DNA of 64,000 bases from Spirochaetia bacterium (lineage in GTDB: Bacteria; Spirochaetota; Spirochaetia; SP-2023): positions 1,280,001-1,344,000 of the forward strand of contig CBDDCK010000005.1 in assembly GCA_965225855.1 (NCBI GenBank). Reading direction: 5' to 3'. Both the position numbers and the translations under genes were made by a program. Below the pieces are notes generated by a model. It made no database searches. It was not told the origin of the DNA and saw nothing but the letters and a program-made list of their open reading frames with translations. How positions within the stretch are numbered: position 1 is the first letter of the stretch; the number at the start of each line of letters is the position of its first letter. Of the stretch, positions 61,315-64,000 are shown in pieces.

Positions 61315-62169
61315 TCAACCTTTTACTGCACCGAAGCTTAAACCACGAACTAAATGCTTTTGTATAACGATAGCTAAAATAATCTCAGGTATAACAGCAA
61401 TTAAAGATGCCGCTGCCATTTGACCATAATGTACAGTATCAGATGCTAAATACTTGATAGATGAAACAGTAATTGTTTGAACCGAATAACCACTTAAAAG
61501 AAGTCCAAATGTGAAATTATTCCATGCAAATATAAAAGCCAATAAGGCTGAAGCAACTAACCCAGGTCGAATTAATGGAAGCAAGATCTTATAGATAATG
61601 TGATATCTTCTATAACCATCAATTTGCGCAGCATATTCAACTTCAATAGAAATATCTTCAAAATAACCTCGTAAAACCCAAATCATTAAAGGCAAGGTAA
61701 TTAACTGATAAACCCAAATTAAACCCATATGTGTGTCATATAAACCAAGCTTCTGGTATATCAAAAACAAAGGCAAAATAACTAATAATTCTGGGGCAAA
61801 GCGAAATGATAATATGGTAAAAGCAAAGTTATCTTTACCTTTAAAATCATATCTTGCCAATGCATACGCAGCAGGCGTGCCAACAAGAATGGAAAATAGT
61901 ACGGCCCCAACACTAATAATAATGTTATCAAAGAATGCTTTTAAATAATTAGTTCCAATCAATACTTTTTCATAATTCTCTATTGTTGGCCGAAACAAAA
62001 ATATTGTACGGAATATATCTGCATCATTTTTTAGCGAAATTAAAATCATCCACAAAATCGGGAATAGCGAAAATATAACCCATACAAGTAGCAATATTAT
62101 CAACAATACATTAACTATTTTCGCATTAGCCGAAATCTTACTATCTGCTTTATTCATAATTGTTTTCAT
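61315..62169 (-). CDS. carbohydrate ABC permease
   Basis: TM helices; EYAAQIDG (EAA) motif. Confidence 0.9.
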   Translation of the reverse strand: MKTIMNKADSKISANAKIVNVLLIILLLVWVIFSLFPILWMILISLKNDADIFRTIFLFRPTIENYEKVLIGTNYLKAFFDNIIISVGAVLFSILVGTPAAYALARYDFKGKDNFAFTILSFRFAPELLVILPLFLIYQKLGLYDTHMGLIWVYQLITLPLMIWVLRGYFEDISIEVEYAAQIDGYRRYHIIYKILLPLIRPGLVASALLAFIFAWNNFTFGLLLSGYSVQTITVSSIKYLASDTVHYGQMAAASLIAVIPEIILAIVIQKHLVRGLSFGAVKG

Positions 62170-62187
62170 AAAATTATAGGGCCAAAT

Positions 62188-63060
62188 TTATTTATTTTTT
62201 AAAGCAAACATCATTTTCTTTACCAGAACATTACTAATAAAGTATATAATCGCCCATAAGACTAATAGATAAGGCAATGCTCCACCAAGCCGAGAAAAAA
62301 CGAATCCTATGCTATAACCTTGCAAGGATAAAGTCATAGTAGCATCTCCTGGCCCACCTTTCGTCAACGCAAAAATAATTGCAAATTCCTGTAAAGAAGC
62401 CATTAACCGAAATATCAAGGCGATATAAATAAAAGGCTTTAATAATGGCAATAATAATTTACGGAAAATGAATATTAAATTTCCACCATCAATAGAAGCA
62501 GCTTCAAACGGAGACTTAGGCAAAGTATTTAAACCTGCTAAAGCTAGCAGTATAACAAATGGGGTATAAACCCAAACATCAATAAGGGCAACTGTAAGTA
62601 AAGCATAACTAGGATCTGCTGCCCAAGGGAAGTCATAAATATTCATAAGATTCAAAAATTTTTCTACAATTCCCACAGATGTATTTAACATCAATTGCCA
62701 AACCAATGTTGCAACTACAGGAGCAATCATCAGTGGAATTACAAGTGCAACTTTCAAAATATCAATTAATGTACTTGAAAAATAGTACAATAATAGGGCA
62801 ATACTTATTCCCAATAACAATTCGATAGTTGTAGTTAATATTGCATAAAGAATGGTGATCAATAAGGAGTGCCAAAAATCAATCGATGTAAACATGACAA
62901 CCCAATTTTTTAGACCTATAAAATTAGTAACTGGAGCACGAAAAGAATAACCGGTAAAGGAAAGAAATATGGAATAAATAAACGGTATTAAGATACCCAC
63001 GGTTGCTAGTAATGCTGGCATAAATAAAACATATGGTTCCCAATACTGCTTCAACCTCAT
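62188..63060 (-). CDS. carbohydrate ABC permease
   Basis: TM helices; EAASIDG. Confidence 0.9.
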   Translation of the reverse strand: MRLKQYWEPYVLFMPALLATVGILIPFIYSIFLSFTGYSFRAPVTNFIGLKNWVVMFTSIDFWHSLLITILYAILTTTIELLLGISIALLLYYFSSTLIDILKVALVIPLMIAPVVATLVWQLMLNTSVGIVEKFLNLMNIYDFPWAADPSYALLTVALIDVWVYTPFVILLALAGLNTLPKSPFEAASIDGGNLIFIFRKLLLPLLKPFIYIALIFRLMASLQEFAIIFALTKGGPGDATMTLSLQGYSIGFVFSRLGGALPYLLVLWAIIYFISNVLVKKMMFALKNK

Positions 63061-63136
63061 CTGTATAAACCCCTATAAAAGTAGCTAGGCATTATTCTAA
63101 ATCAAAATTTAAACACATACATAAAACTAAATTAAA

Positions 63137-63178
63137 GAAGCCTCACATTAAGAAAAAAATTCTTATTATGAGGCTTCT
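63137..63178 (-). terminator. stem-loop after substrate-binding gene
   Basis: GAAGCCTCA...TGAGGCTTC. Confidence 0.55.
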
Positions 63179-63191
63179 GTCTCAATAGTTA

Positions 63192-64000
63192 TTAAAGCTC
63201 TGAGAGCACCTCATCCATTTTTTCCTTCAGACTATTCATACCCTCTTCAACAGTAGCATAATCGCCTGCTACAATACTTTGTAAAGTAGCTGCCCATTCT
63301 GTAGTCAATTCAAAGAAATGTGGTTGCGGAGTAAATAGTATAGAAGTCCCATTTATAGTCTTTTCAAAAGATTCCAAATAACCTTCGGCCTTACTCGCAA
63401 TTTCCTGAAATTTTGGATCGTTAAACACAGATTTACGAGGGGGATCAACCGCCTTATCTTCTGTTACAGACCATAACTGATACTCTCGATTAGTAAAATA
63501 TTGCAGAAACAACCATGCTGCTCCTTTGTTTTTTGATGACGCATTCATCGCCATTGACCATATCCATAAATTTGACTTTCTCTGATTTTCTGCAGTACCT
63601 TCTGGCAATGGCGCTGGTACCCACGCAATATTCCCGGATTCTTGAGACGAACCGGGAAAGTTTTGAAAATACATTGTGTTATCTGCTGCAAAGGCCATAG
63701 CCGCTTTCTTTGCCCCCATGTCAGTACCGACTTGATACCACGTATAGGTCGACCAAGTAGGAGCACCACCGTTACGGATAAGTTTTATCCAGTCTTTTGT
63801 CATGCGAATAGCTTCTGGTGAATTAACAACTGAGATCAATTTACCATCTTTTTTGACAATATCCTTAGCCCCATAATTTGCATAAGTTGTAATATATTCG
63901 GGATGGATCGTTGCCCAGCTTCTTGTACCACGCAAGGAAATGCCATAGGTACCTGGACCGTCAAATTCCTGCAAAGATGCGGCGGTATCAATCATCTCAC
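63192..64000 (-). CDS. sugar ABC substrate-binding protein, N-terminus outside window
   Basis: YGISLRG, NSPEA, WSMAMNASSKNK.AAW.F; operon context. Confidence 0.85.
   Translation of the reverse strand, partial: EMIDTAASLQEFDGPGTYGISLRGTRSWATIHPEYITTYANYGAKDIVKKDGKLISVVNSPEAIRMTKDWIKLIRNGGAPTWSTYTWYQVGTDMGAKKAAMAFAADNTMYFQNFPGSSQESGNIAWVPAPLPEGTAENQRKSNLWIWSMAMNASSKNKGAAWLFLQYFTNREYQLWSVTEDKAVDPPRKSVFNDPKFQEIASKAEGYLESFEKTINGTSILFTPQPHFFELTTEWAATLQSIVAGDYATVEEGMNSLKEKMDEVLSEL

Overview
Spirochaete-like chromosome segment (DUF3276, FliK/FlgD, PEGA and zinc-ribbon proteins of spirochaetal type, spirochaetal lipoboxes; taxonomy is inferred). Positions 1-13766 hold the right half of a decaying Mu-like prophage: capsid, neck, sheath, tube, a displaced tail fibre, a chaperone with a -1 slippery site, a split tape measure and a broken baseplate, ending at a probable ...CATCA right end. 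Next come a tmRNA lacking its 5' acceptor strand, bioD, fabF/fabZ-like genes, housekeeping and ribosomal genes, a surface-glycan glycosyltransferase cluster and a polyol ABC/dehydrogenase cluster. Two things stand out. (i) Four dispersed paralogous mosaic repeat-lipoprotein genes share a ~200-bp leader with a C7 tract, and three of the four sit beside recognisable scraps of Mu-like phage DNA, including an inverted copy of the phage right end. (ii) Non-coding, partly palindromic arrays in 23-bp (and 21-bp) phase sit at or near deletion and insertion junctions. Together these suggest, as inference only, a Mu-remnant/satellite-associated system that spreads and diversifies surface lipoproteins. 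All calls were made by eye; no searches were run.
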